64,000 nucleotides of DNA, from the NCBI GenBank assembly GCA_963846575.1, contig CAWJWJ010000001.1:1184001-1248000 (forward strand). The letters run 5' to 3'. The position numbers and the translations under genes were made by a program. Shown here in pieces: positions 52,450-62,451 of the stretch. The notes under the pieces were generated by a model. The model did no database searches. It worked only from the letters and a program-made list of their open reading frames with translations, and was not told the DNA's origin. How positions within the stretch are numbered: position 1 is the stretch's first letter; each line of letters starts with the position of its first letter. Source of the DNA: an uncultured Nitrospiraceae bacterium. Lineage in GTDB: Bacteria > Nitrospirota > Nitrospiria > Nitrospirales > Nitrospiraceae.

Positions 52450-53526
52450 GTGCGGAGGGTTGTTGTGCGTGAGCGTCGGTGGGAAACTCAGAGCCGGCTC
52501 ACCTTCCGCGACGTCCTGGCTGTCGGCGAGCGATTCGGCGCGTTAGGGTTGAAGCCCGCACCTCCGGCCAAGGACGTGATCTGCTATGTGGAGGACTGGA
52601 CGGTCGACTCTCCTGACGCGTTCGATCAGCTCGATCACTGGCCTACCGAAGATGTCACGCTCCTTCACGTCCGCGAGGGATGGCAGGGGGATTTTTTTCT
52701 CCTGGCGGGCGGGTACCATACTATTTACCAACAGTATCAGGACGTCGGCACCTACTGTTCAATCAGCCATCCCTGGCGCACCAGTGGGGAACTGCAGTTT
52801 CATCATCCGACCAGCATGCTGTGGCTGGGCTTCCGGCACACCCATGCGTTTGTCAGGGTCCGGTTACACACGCGCGAAGTGGTGACGCCCGGAGAAACGC
52901 GCGAGGACGCCAGGCGGGCTGCCTGGGTCGATGAGCGACGAACCATTTTTCTGGATGCCATCGCCACGCTGGGGCTGCCGGTTGAAACGTCGGTCGAGAA
53001 GGGGAGTGTGCTGCTGACACCCGCGGACCCGGCGACGCCGTTTTTCTGCTCATGGCCGGACGCCTTCGGGCCCTCCCAGTTTGAATTTAATTCTGCGGAT
53101 GCCTACGAATTTCTCGTGCCTGCGAGCAAACTCGCGGCCACCTTCGCTCCACAACCGGCCAATGTGCGGGCCTATATGACGGGGTTCGCGGCGGAGACGC
53201 TTCAACAGTTTGGCGCCATACAGCCATCTGCCCGCTCTGTGTATCGCTGCTCCGTTCATTGCGCGCTGGGAGAATTGCCAGAACTCCTTGCCATCATCGA
53301 GCCGGACGGTCGCTTGTACAGCACCCTCTGCGAATTCAATGCCCAGGATTTGCTGCCGGAAGGAGAGGAGGCCTCGGCCATCGTCGGGATCGTCGGCAGC
53401 GCGGCAGGTTTTCAGCTGGAAATGCGGCTGAACCGGGCTCCGTTGCCTGAGGAGCAGATGGCCGCCTGGTTGGAACGCCTGTTTGGATATCCGATGCTGT
53501 ATGCGCCTCTTCCCCCCTTCGTGTAA
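52450..53526 (+). CDS. Hypothetical protein
   Basis: 358-aa ORF, co-directional with neighbours; no family recognised. Confidence 0.7.
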   Translation: MRRVVVRERRWETQSRLTFRDVLAVGERFGALGLKPAPPAKDVICYVEDWTVDSPDAFDQLDHWPTEDVTLLHVREGWQGDFFLLAGGYHTIYQQYQDVGTYCSISHPWRTSGELQFHHPTSMLWLGFRHTHAFVRVRLHTREVVTPGETREDARRAAWVDERRTIFLDAIATLGLPVETSVEKGSVLLTPADPATPFFCSWPDAFGPSQFEFNSADAYEFLVPASKLAATFAPQPANVRAYMTGFAAETLQQFGAIQPSARSVYRCSVHCALGELPELLAIIEPDGRLYSTLCEFNAQDLLPEGEEASAIVGIVGSAAGFQLEMRLNRAPLPEEQMAAWLERLFGYPMLYAPLPPFV

Positions 53527-53712
53527 CCTCGCGGCTGAATAGACCGCCTGACTTCGCGCTCACTTCGTCACACCCTCAACATACCGACGTGGCAGGACCT
53601 GAATTATTGCTCGCCTGCGGAGTCCAGACGGGGTCCTCGCGGGCGCTCCGGCCCATGCGCCCGATTTTTCTCTTCGTTTGACAATCCATGGCATCTCCTG
53701 AACTCTAGCCCC

Positions 53713-54822
53713 ATGGTCTCGATGCAACGGTTTCAATCGGTCTTGGGCAAGCCCTATCTTCCGCCGCTGTTTTTCTTCAGCGGCGTAACGTACGACACAC
53801 TCACTCTCACCAGAATTGACCGACTGCAGGACAATCTGCTGCTTCTGCTTTATCTCGCGCTCTTGGGGTTTTTGATCGTCCTGACCGGGCGGTTGGGCAC
53901 GAACGACCTGAAGGCCGAAGAGCTGTCGCAGGAGGCCCCGCGTCACATCAGGTGGTTGCTCCTGGCCCGGCCCTATGCCCCGATGGCCATTCAGTTCCTG
54001 CTCGGTGGTCTTTTCAGCGCCTATGCGATTTTCTATTCGAAAAGCGCCACCTTCACAGGGACCGCGGTGTTTTTCACGGTGCTGGTCGGGTTACTCGTCG
54101 CGAACGAATTCCTGCGGGACAGGCTGTCGAATCTGCAATTGCTCGTGGGCCTGTACGCGTTGGTCTGTTTTGGATTCTTTACGTTTTTTCTGCCGGTGAT
54201 GACGGGGTGGATGAACCAGGCCATGTTTCTGGCCGGAGCGGGGTTGAGCATGCTCCTGACCTTGCGGGTGGTGGAATTGATCTACCGCGGCAATGCCGAC
54301 CGAACGCGCCGCGAGGCGCTGCTGACCAGTGCTCCGGCCCTGATCGTGATCAGCCTGTTGGTAGGGTTTTATTTCTTGAACTGGATTCCCCCCGTGCCGC
54401 TCTCCATGAAGTTCGGCGGGATCTATCACGAGGTCAAGCGGTTCAACGATCAGTACGAACTTTCCTATGAACGAGAGTGGTATGAAGTCTGGAAGCGGTC
54501 CAATACGAGTTTCGTCGCCGACGAACCGATCTATTGTTTCACCGCAGTGTTTGCGCCAGTGACGCTTGAAACGACGGTCTATCACCATTGGCTGTATCGG
54601 CGGGACCATCATCACCCGTTCAGCCATGCAGACAGGATCCCCTTAAAGATTGCCGGGGGCCGGGAGGGCGGGTATCGGGTCTATACCTTCAAGCGGGGGC
54701 TCGATGCCGGCGACTGGCGGGTGGACGTCGAAACCGAGGACGGCCGCGTCATCGGGCGGGTGGCGTTGCAAGTGGAGCAGCGGGGCGAAGCGCCTCGGTC
54801 GCTCACGACCATCGTCTACTGA
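53713..54822 (+). CDS. Membrane protein with C-terminal DUF2914-like domain
   Basis: Multiple TMs; IPPVPL, AVFAP, HHW, GGREGGYR, GDWRVDVETEDG. Confidence 0.8.
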   Translation: MVSMQRFQSVLGKPYLPPLFFFSGVTYDTLTLTRIDRLQDNLLLLLYLALLGFLIVLTGRLGTNDLKAEELSQEAPRHIRWLLLARPYAPMAIQFLLGGLFSAYAIFYSKSATFTGTAVFFTVLVGLLVANEFLRDRLSNLQLLVGLYALVCFGFFTFFLPVMTGWMNQAMFLAGAGLSMLLTLRVVELIYRGNADRTRREALLTSAPALIVISLLVGFYFLNWIPPVPLSMKFGGIYHEVKRFNDQYELSYEREWYEVWKRSNTSFVADEPIYCFTAVFAPVTLETTVYHHWLYRRDHHHPFSHADRIPLKIAGGREGGYRVYTFKRGLDAGDWRVDVETEDGRVIGRVALQVEQRGEAPRSLTTIVY

Positions 54823-55353
54823 TTCATCAAGGGGAACCTGACGTGCGTAGGATCAAGGGGCTGGAACGGGTGGAAGAACGGGAAGGCCGGCGGGCCGGAA
54901 GGTATCGCGTCGCCTACCACACCCACCTGTTTCTGAATCGCGGGAAGTGTTTTTAACTGAACGCTAGCCGGAAGAGCTTCCGCCGGAAATGATGCGGCTC
55001 GAATGAGGAGTGACCTTGATCGACCTGCAGCCGTGCCGGGTCTCATCCAGGCCATGGCTGGAATCGGACAGGTGTCGATCGGAACGACGGTCGGCGGCTA
55101 GCGGAAGGTGCGCATCAGTCCACACCGGCTTCTAGGGATAAGGGCGTCCACGATCCGAAACCACCGGACGCCGTGCTGGCGGGCGGTGCGGCACTTGGCC
55201 GGCACACATATCGAGGGAAGAAATAAGGCATAATGACGTCACAGCGTTCTTCCGTGACGATGCTTAGTGTGCCGAGAGGCCATGGACGGTGACCAACGAC
55301 GCAGACGTCGTTCGGGTGCCGGGAATGGGACCGATAGGATAGGAGGCCTTGCA

Positions 55354-56250
55354 ATGGGATTGGAGCAGGTTCGTTTTATACTGGCACTGGTCTGTCTCAG
55401 CCTGGGGGGATATGCCTGGCCCGCCATTGCCGAGGACGCCGCTCCTCAGGCGTTGCCCTGGCAGGTTGGACCGACTGAGGCAAAGTTGGGTGACCAGGCG
55501 CTCCTCAAGGTGCCGACGGGCTATCAATTTCTCGGGTCGGAGGAGACTCAGCGGCTGCTCAAGCAGATGGGGAATATCCCGTCGGGGTCCGAGTTGGGCC
55601 TGATCACCTCGGCTACCGGGGGGGAGTCGTGGTTCATGGTGGTCCGTTACATCGACGCGGGGTATGTGAAGGACGATGAGGCGGCCAACTGGGATGCCGA
55701 TGCACTGATGGCTTCGATCAAGGCAGGAACGGAAGAGGACAATAAGGTGCGGCAGTCCCAAGGATTTCCTCCGCTCGTCATACGCGGCTGGGAGGAAAAG
55801 CCTCATTACGACAAGGCCGCGAACAAGGTCGTGTGGGCCATCGCGGCGCAGGAGCGTGATTCGGTGGGCGTCAACTACAATACGCTTTCCCTGGGTCGGC
55901 AGGGGTATCTCAGCATGAACATGGTCGGGTCATTGGAGGAGTTGCCGACTCTCAAGCCGCATGTGGGCGTGTTGCTGTCCAACGTGGAGTTTATCGACGG
56001 AAAACGCTATAGCGATTTCGATAGCACCACGGACAAGGTCGCCGCCGTCGGCCTGTCGGCACTGATCGCCGGCGCGGCGATCAAATCCGGCCTTTTCGCC
56101 AAGCTCTGGGCCTTCATCATCCCTCTGATGGTGGCGGGCAAGAAGCTCCTGATGTTATTGGTCATTGCGCTCGGCGGTCTGGCCGCCAAATATTTCAAGA
56201 AGAAATCCAAACCGGAGCCGCTGGAAGGTGGCGGGGGAGTGTCGTCGTGA
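55354..56250 (+). CDS. DUF2167-family membrane-anchored protein
   Basis: AGGAGG SD; GYVKDD, GWEEKPHYD, VNYNT..LGRQG, DKVAAVGLSALIAG. Confidence 0.85.
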   Translation: MGLEQVRFILALVCLSLGGYAWPAIAEDAAPQALPWQVGPTEAKLGDQALLKVPTGYQFLGSEETQRLLKQMGNIPSGSELGLITSATGGESWFMVVRYIDAGYVKDDEAANWDADALMASIKAGTEEDNKVRQSQGFPPLVIRGWEEKPHYDKAANKVVWAIAAQERDSVGVNYNTLSLGRQGYLSMNMVGSLEELPTLKPHVGVLLSNVEFIDGKRYSDFDSTTDKVAAVGLSALIAGAAIKSGLFAKLWAFIIPLMVAGKKLLMLLVIALGGLAAKYFKKKSKPEPLEGGGGVSS

Positions 56251-56960
56251 AGGTGCTGTTACTCTTATTCGCGGGACTCAAACTCGGGAAGGTCGCGCTC
56301 ACGGGCGGCACCATGCTGCTCTCCATGGTGGCCTACAGCTTCATCTTCGGGTGGTGGTATGCGGTGGGGTTCGTATTGTTGATTCTGTTTCATGAACTCG
56401 GCCATTACGCCGCTGCCAAACAACGCAATCTGGACGTGGGCGCACCGACGTTTATTCCTTTTGTCGGGGCCTGGATCCAGCTCAAAGAACAGCCGATGGA
56501 CGTCGAAACCGAGGCCTATGTGGGTATTGCCGGGCCGGTGGCTGGAACCTTCGCTGCCATGGCCTGCTACTACGCAGCCGAATACTTCCAGAGCCAGTTG
56601 TTGCTGGCCCTTGCTTATGCCGGGTTCATGATCAACCTGTTCAACCTGATCCCGATTTCACCGCTGGACGGGGGCCGTATCACCGCCATCATCTCCCCCA
56701 AGGTCTGGTGGCTGGGTGTGCCGGTGTTGATCGGGCTGTTCATGGTCAGCCACAGCCCCATGTTGTTGCTGGTCGCAATCCTGGCCTTCCCCCACGTGAT
56801 GTCCACGTTCCGGGGCGGCCCTCCTGGGCTGCCGGACCGCTACTACGATGTGCCGCTCGGGACCAGGGTGAGTTACGGTTTGTACTACCTCGGCCTCGCG
56901 GTATTTCTTGGTATCATGACGTATGAGACACATCTCCTGCTGCCCTCTTCACGAGGCTGA
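56247..56960 (+). CDS. Site-2 protease (M50) family
   Basis: HELGH, AGP, NLIPISPLDGG. Confidence 0.92.
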   Translation: MKVLLLLFAGLKLGKVALTGGTMLLSMVAYSFIFGWWYAVGFVLLILFHELGHYAAAKQRNLDVGAPTFIPFVGAWIQLKEQPMDVETEAYVGIAGPVAGTFAAMACYYAAEYFQSQLLLALAYAGFMINLFNLIPISPLDGGRITAIISPKVWWLGVPVLIGLFMVSHSPMLLLVAILAFPHVMSTFRGGPPGLPDRYYDVPLGTRVSYGLYYLGLAVFLGIMTYETHLLLPSSRG

Positions 56961-57013
56961 TCAACGCCGGCCACGAGTTCGGTGCGTTCCGGTTCAAGTG
57001 CCGGGGAGGCGCA

Positions 57014-57721
57014 GTGCAGTCGTTTATCGCTGAAGTGAGCCGCATCGAGGACCTCACGCACGATGTGCGGGCCATCGAACTCCTGCTCCTGGATCCCGGC
57101 GAGATGACCTTCAAGGCCGGGCAGTTCGTGTCTTTCGAGGTGCCGAAGGAAGGCCATCCCCGCCCCGTGACCAGACCCTATTCCATCGCGTCACCCCCGC
57201 ATCAGCGCAACCCTCTGCTCATCTTGAATCTTGTCCCGGGCGGGCCTGGCTCCGGTTACCTGTTCGGCTTGCGGGAAGGCTCGCGAACCGAATTCAAGGG
57301 GCCGGCCGGAGCGTTTTATCTGCGAGACGATGGCACGAAAAATCTGCTGTTCGTCGCCACGGGGACCGGCATTGCTCCGCTTCGCAGCATGATCCTGGCT
57401 CACCTGGAGCGCGCCACCGCTCAGTCGGTGACATTGTTCTGGGGACTTCGCAGTCAGAGGGATCTCTACCTTCAGGGGGAACTGCAAGCGCTGGCCGAGG
57501 CCTATCCCACGTTTTCGTTTGTGACGACGCTTTCAAAACCGGAGCCGGGATGGGAGGGAGCCAGCGGACGGGTGACGACACTCATTGAACAACGTGTTTC
57601 TTCCGTGGCGAACCTGGCGGTCTATGTCTGCGGCGGGAGCGGCATGATCAAGGATGTGACAGCCAGGCTCAATGCCAAGGGACTTTGTCCCATCCATCGG
57701 GAAAAATATTATGATGATTAG
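57014..57721 (+). CDS. FNR-like FAD/NAD(P)H oxidoreductase
   Basis: RPYSIAS, GPGSGYL, ATGTGIAP, YVCG. Confidence 0.88.
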   Translation: MQSFIAEVSRIEDLTHDVRAIELLLLDPGEMTFKAGQFVSFEVPKEGHPRPVTRPYSIASPPHQRNPLLILNLVPGGPGSGYLFGLREGSRTEFKGPAGAFYLRDDGTKNLLFVATGTGIAPLRSMILAHLERATAQSVTLFWGLRSQRDLYLQGELQALAEAYPTFSFVTTLSKPEPGWEGASGRVTTLIEQRVSSVANLAVYVCGGSGMIKDVTARLNAKGLCPIHREKYYDD

Positions 57722-57876
57722 GATTTCGGTTGGAGCGGTGCGGACCCGGTAGGATGCCGGTCGGGCGGGGTGGCGCGCCGGCCGGCCTGACGCGTGACAT
57801 CCGGCGGCCACAGACCTCACCGCGACACGGTTTTTCCATCGGGTTGGGCAACCCTGCCGTGTCAGGCAATGGTCGA

Positions 57877-58062
57877 TTACTCAGTCTTGGCGGCTCGTTT
57901 GGTCGTATGTTGAAAGACGCATTTGGGGCAGGTGTAATGAATGAACTGCCCGCTTGCGACTGATCGTTTGGTCATCGCGACCTTGCACCAGGTGCAGAGA
58001 CGATCGGGCAGCGTCTCGATGTGGGTCTGGTCGGTGGAGTGCTGTGTGGACAGGTCAGTCAT
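57877..58062 (-). CDS. Small zinc-ribbon protein
   Basis: CTWC...CPKC; divergent TTGACA element upstream. Confidence 0.55.
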   Translation of the reverse strand: MTDLSTQHSTDQTHIETLPDRLCTWCKVAMTKRSVASGQFIHYTCPKCVFQHTTKRAAKTE

Positions 58063-58133
58063 GCCAAGCATTCTCGCTAAGGGCCTGAGAGTTTGTCAAT
58101 GCGCTCCGTTGGCAGAAATTTCGGAGATAAACA

Positions 58134-58162
58134 TTTACAGCCTTTCAATCGTTCAGTATATT
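58134..58162 (+). promoter_or_regulatory. Sigma70 promoter of the speD-like gene
   Basis: TTTACA-N17-TATATT. Confidence 0.5.
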
Positions 58163-58216
58163 GCAAGCGTATGCGTCATCACTCCACCCATCCCCAACAG
58201 AAAGGTCGTATCGTTT

Positions 58217-58660
58217 ATGCAAAACGCCGAAGGCGCCACGTCCGACGATATCTCATCACCCTCAGCCAGGTTTGCTGATTCCGCGATCCACCCGGACTCC
58301 GTCGGACCCGGCAAAGCCTGGGGAATTTGCACCTCCGTTGATCTCCACGATTGCGACCCCGACCGTATCCGCGATGCCAAACAAATCGAAGCCTACGTGG
58401 TGCAGCTCTGCGAACTCATTGAGATGAAGCGGTATGGTTCCTGCCAGATCGTCAATTTCGGCGAAGGTCGCGTCGCCGGCTACAGCATGGTGCAGTTGAT
58501 TGAGACCTCGCTGATCAGCGGCCACTTCGCCAACGATACCAACAGCGCCTATCTCGACATCTTCAGTTGCAAGGGTTACGATCCGGCCGTCGTCGAAGAA
58601 TTTTCCAAATCCTTTTTCAGCGCCCGTCGTTCAAGCCATCGGGCCATGTTGCGTTACTAA
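58217..58660 (+). CDS. SpeD/AdoMetDC-like pyruvoyl decarboxylase proenzyme (divergent)
   Basis: DLHDC, GYSMVQLIETSLISGHF, YLDIFSC. Confidence 0.8.
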   Translation: MQNAEGATSDDISSPSARFADSAIHPDSVGPGKAWGICTSVDLHDCDPDRIRDAKQIEAYVVQLCELIEMKRYGSCQIVNFGEGRVAGYSMVQLIETSLISGHFANDTNSAYLDIFSCKGYDPAVVEEFSKSFFSARRSSHRAMLRY

Positions 58661-58719
58661 CGCAGAGCCGTCGCACGCCCGGCCCTGCGGGGCCTGGTGT
58701 CTCGCCGGGCAGGTACGTC

Positions 58720-59064
58720 ATGAATCAGAGTCCACCCAAAACGGTGCGGTCGTTTTTTTCGACTCTCGCCGCCAAACTGGATCCGGAGGCAGCGGAAGGA
58801 CTGGATGCGGTCTACCAGTTCGATTTGAACGGCGCCGATGGGGGACAGTACCAACTGCAGATCCGGGACGGTGTCTGTCAGGTGTCGGAAGGCACCCACC
58901 CGGATCCGCATGTGACGCTGGCCATGTCGGGCGAAGATTGTCTCCGAGTGTTGAACGGTCAGCTGAGCGGCACCATGGTGGCCATGTCAGGTCGCCTGCG
59001 TATCAGCGGCGATATGGGGTTGGCCCTGCAGCTGGGATCGTTGTTCCCCTCCCTGCGTCCCTAG
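58720..59064 (+). CDS. SCP2 sterol/lipid-binding domain protein
   Basis: YQFDLNG..GG, PHVTL, MSGRLRISGDMGLA. Confidence 0.88.
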   Translation: MNQSPPKTVRSFFSTLAAKLDPEAAEGLDAVYQFDLNGADGGQYQLQIRDGVCQVSEGTHPDPHVTLAMSGEDCLRVLNGQLSGTMVAMSGRLRISGDMGLALQLGSLFPSLRP

Positions 59065-59192
59065 AGGCCTGTCGAGTGACTCTCCCGCTATTCCTTATCT
59101 CACTGACCTGAATATCGGCCGGGAATAGTCTGCTCGCTCCGGTCGTCAGACCTGCCGGGGAGATGTGAGGCTGACGATCCTGCAGGGAGCGG

Positions 59193-62100
59193 CTATGCCT
59201 GCTGGACGGCCGGCTCACCGGGTGTGGCACCGGCCAGTTGGTCGGCGCTACGCGGAAACCGTTCCTCCAGCATCGCATAGACCGTCGGGACCAGGAAGAG
59301 CGTCAACATCGTCGACATCGTGAGCCCGCCCACGACGGCGCGGGCCAACGGCGCGTTGGTCTCGCTGCCCGTGCCGAGTCCCAGGGCCATCGGCATGAGC
59401 CCGACCACGGTAGCCAATGAGGTCATGAGGATGGGGCGAAGCCTGGTACGTGAGGCCGTAATGACCGCGCTCGCGAGATCCAGGCCACGGCGACGCAGCA
59501 CATTCGTATAGTCCACCAGCAAGACTCCGTTCGAAACGACGATCCCGAGCATCATGATGATCCCCATCATCGAAGAGGTGGAAATGGTGGTGTTGGTCAG
59601 GTAGAGAATGACGATTACACCCGGAATGCCCATGGGCACCGAAAACATGATGATAAAGGGATCGATGAGCGACTTGAACTGCGCCGCCATCACCATATAG
59701 ACCAGCATGAGGGCCAGGATGCTGGCAAACAGCAGGCCTTCGAACGTTTCCCGCTGCTGCTGGATCTGGCCGGCGAGCCGGATGTTGAAGCCGGGGGGCA
59801 ACTGGAGTTGGGCGAAGGCCGACTCCAGATCTCCCGCGATGGAGCCCAGATCGCGATCGACGGGGTTGGCGGTGAGGTGGACGACCCGCTGGAAGTATTT
59901 TCGTTCGATCTTCACCGGCCCGGCATTCAGCTTCAGCGTCGCCAGATTCTTCAACAAAACCGGCTCCCCGTTTTTGGTCGTCAAGAGCACGTTCTCGATG
60001 TCCGTCAGATCCTTGCGATGCTCCTCCGCGAGCCAGGCGCTGATGTAATATTCGTTTCCGTTCTGGGGGTCGGTGAAAATGATCGGATCGGTCTGGCCGT
60101 TTCCGTTCATGGAAAACAATACCGCATTGGCCACGTCCGTTTCGCTGATCCCCAGGAGCGCCGCCTTCTCCCGGTCCACGACCACATTCACCTCAGGGTA
60201 GTTTTCTTCTCGGCTGACCTCGATGTCGGCCATGCCCGGGATGTTGTGCATGATGTCCTGCACTTTCTGGATCACGGTGCGGGCCTTTTCAAAATCGTAG
60301 CCGTAAATCTCGACATCGATGGCTTTTTGAGAACCGAAGCTGGTGACGCGTTTGACCAGTCCTCCGGGATCGAAAAACATGGCCACGCCGGGAAAGAGCT
60401 TGAGCACCTTGGGGCGCACGGCGTTCATCACGTCGACCTGGCTGCGGCGACGTTTGTCGGGAGACACCAGATAGACGGAGATAACCGAGGTATGCGGACC
60501 GGTGTTGGGGTTGAAGAGCGAGGACCGGCCTTGCGCGAGGACCCCGGTGCTGGAGGCGATCGCTTCCAGCTCCTCCGGCGGTATCTGTTCCCGCAAGACA
60601 CGCTCGACCTCGGCGACCTGATCGACGGTTTTTTCCACCCGCTGCCCCACCGGCGCCCGGAGCACGATGCGAAACTGGCTTTCATCGGAAACCGGAAGGA
60701 ACTCCGTTCCGATGAAGGGCAGCAGCAGCAGCGAACTCACGAAGATCGCGATGACGGAGAGGATCAATGTCCGTCGATGCGCCAGGACCCAGCGCAGGCT
60801 GCGCTCATAGCCTTCATCAAGCGCCTCGTAGCGTCGCTGGCTCCACCGCATGATCCGTACGAACCAGTTGGGCAGGTTGCGATGGGCATCCTGTTCGGAT
60901 TTCAAGAATCGATAACAGAGCGCCGGCGTGACGGTGCGGGAGACGAAGAATGAGGTGAATAAGGCGATGGCGATGGTCAGGGTCAGCGGGATGAGCAGCA
61001 GGCGCGCGATCCCTACGATAAAAAACATCGGCAGAAAGACGACCACCGTCGTGACCGTGGAAGCGAAGATCGGCATGGCGACCTCGCGGGCGGCATTGAC
61101 GATCGCGTCCCAACGGTTTCTCTCGACGTTCAAGTGGCGTTGGATGTTCTCCAATTCGACGATCGAGTCGTCCACGAGACGTCCGATGCCGAGGGCCAGC
61201 CCTCCCATGGTGAAGACGTTCAGGGTTTGATTGGTGAAGTAGAGCGCAATGAAGGTCACGAGGATAGACAGCGGGATCGCGACAGAGATGATCAGGGTGC
61301 TGGTCAGGTTTCTGAGAAACAGCAGAATCACCGCCGCCGCGAGCAGCGACCCGTGAAGGGCCTGCTCGATCAGGTTCTTGATGGATTGACGGATGTAGAC
61401 GGACTGATCGAAGGAGATCCCCAATCGTACCCCTGGCGGAATGCCGATCATCTTGGGAATGGCTTTCCGCAAGGCGTCGACCACCTCCACCGTATTCGCG
61501 ATCGGCTGTTTGTTGACCCGGAGGTAGACGGAGCGTTTGCCGTCCGTACGGACGACGTTGGTCTGGATGTCGGAGGAATCGGTCAGCGTGCCGATGTCAC
61601 GGACCCGCACCGGATTGCCTCGCGGATCGATCTTGACCACGACGTCGTTGATGGGTTCCACGGTTTTGAACTGTGTGTTCGTGAACACGTTGTAATCGAG
61701 GTTGCCCGCCTTGATGTCACCCGACGGAAGAATTAAGTTGGAGGCCTTCACGGCCTTGACCACGTCGAGAATCGAGAGGCCGCGCGCCTGGAGCAGGGCG
61801 GGATCCAGGTTGATGTTGATCTGACGGATTTTCCCCCCTTCGACCGTGGCGGCCGCGACATTGGCGATCTGTTCGATCTGCGGCGCGATGGTGTTATACG
61901 CCAGATCGTAGAGCGCGCGTTCGTCGAGGTCCCCGCCGGCTGCCGTGACGATGGCGACCGGAATGTTGGATACATCGAACTTGACGATGAACGGCTGCAG
62001 AATGCCGGGCGGCAGGTTGTTCAGGATCTGCGTGATGCGCTGCATCACCTCCATCTGTCCCACGTTGATATCCGCACCCCAGTTGAACCAGACCTGGACG

Positions 62101-62369
62101 GCTCCGATGCCCTGTTTGGCGAAGGATTCGACGTGTTCGACGTTGGACGCTGAGCTGACGGCCTTTTCGATGGGATAAACGACGCTCTGTTCGATGTCGA
62201 GGGGCGGGGCGCCCTTGTAGATGACGCCGACAAAGGCTACCGGAACCTGAATATTGGGGAAGAGATCGACCGGCAATCGTTCCAGCGAGGTGCCTCCGAG
62301 GATCACCATCGCGAGGGACAACATCAGAATGCCGATGCGGTTACGAAGTGCGAGGAGCGTCAGCCACAT
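59193..62369 (-). CDS. RND efflux permease (AcrB-like)
   Basis: LPVDLFP, GRLVDDSIVELEN, RLRPILMTSL; 1058 aa. Confidence 0.95.
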   Translation of the reverse strand: MWLTLLALRNRIGILMLSLAMVILGGTSLERLPVDLFPNIQVPVAFVGVIYKGAPPLDIEQSVVYPIEKAVSSASNVEHVESFAKQGIGAVQVWFNWGADINVGQMEVMQRITQILNNLPPGILQPFIVKFDVSNIPVAIVTAAGGDLDERALYDLAYNTIAPQIEQIANVAAATVEGGKIRQININLDPALLQARGLSILDVVKAVKASNLILPSGDIKAGNLDYNVFTNTQFKTVEPINDVVVKIDPRGNPVRVRDIGTLTDSSDIQTNVVRTDGKRSVYLRVNKQPIANTVEVVDALRKAIPKMIGIPPGVRLGISFDQSVYIRQSIKNLIEQALHGSLLAAAVILLFLRNLTSTLIISVAIPLSILVTFIALYFTNQTLNVFTMGGLALGIGRLVDDSIVELENIQRHLNVERNRWDAIVNAAREVAMPIFASTVTTVVVFLPMFFIVGIARLLLIPLTLTIAIALFTSFFVSRTVTPALCYRFLKSEQDAHRNLPNWFVRIMRWSQRRYEALDEGYERSLRWVLAHRRTLILSVIAIFVSSLLLLPFIGTEFLPVSDESQFRIVLRAPVGQRVEKTVDQVAEVERVLREQIPPEELEAIASSTGVLAQGRSSLFNPNTGPHTSVISVYLVSPDKRRRSQVDVMNAVRPKVLKLFPGVAMFFDPGGLVKRVTSFGSQKAIDVEIYGYDFEKARTVIQKVQDIMHNIPGMADIEVSREENYPEVNVVVDREKAALLGISETDVANAVLFSMNGNGQTDPIIFTDPQNGNEYYISAWLAEEHRKDLTDIENVLLTTKNGEPVLLKNLATLKLNAGPVKIERKYFQRVVHLTANPVDRDLGSIAGDLESAFAQLQLPPGFNIRLAGQIQQQRETFEGLLFASILALMLVYMVMAAQFKSLIDPFIIMFSVPMGIPGVIVILYLTNTTISTSSMMGIIMMLGIVVSNGVLLVDYTNVLRRRGLDLASAVITASRTRLRPILMTSLATVVGLMPMALGLGTGSETNAPLARAVVGGLTMSTMLTLFLVPTVYAMLEERFPRSADQLAGATPGEPAVQQA

Positions 62370-62451
62370 AAAGCATTCTGCGGGAGATGATTGGGCAACA
62401 GGCTCATTGTTACGCCGGCCGGGACGTCCCTACCCTGTCGGAATGACTGGA

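Noticed and set aside
54823..55353. Small ORFs in the 530-nt gap before DUF2167
   Set aside because: No SD, motif or coding-like composition; left uncalled
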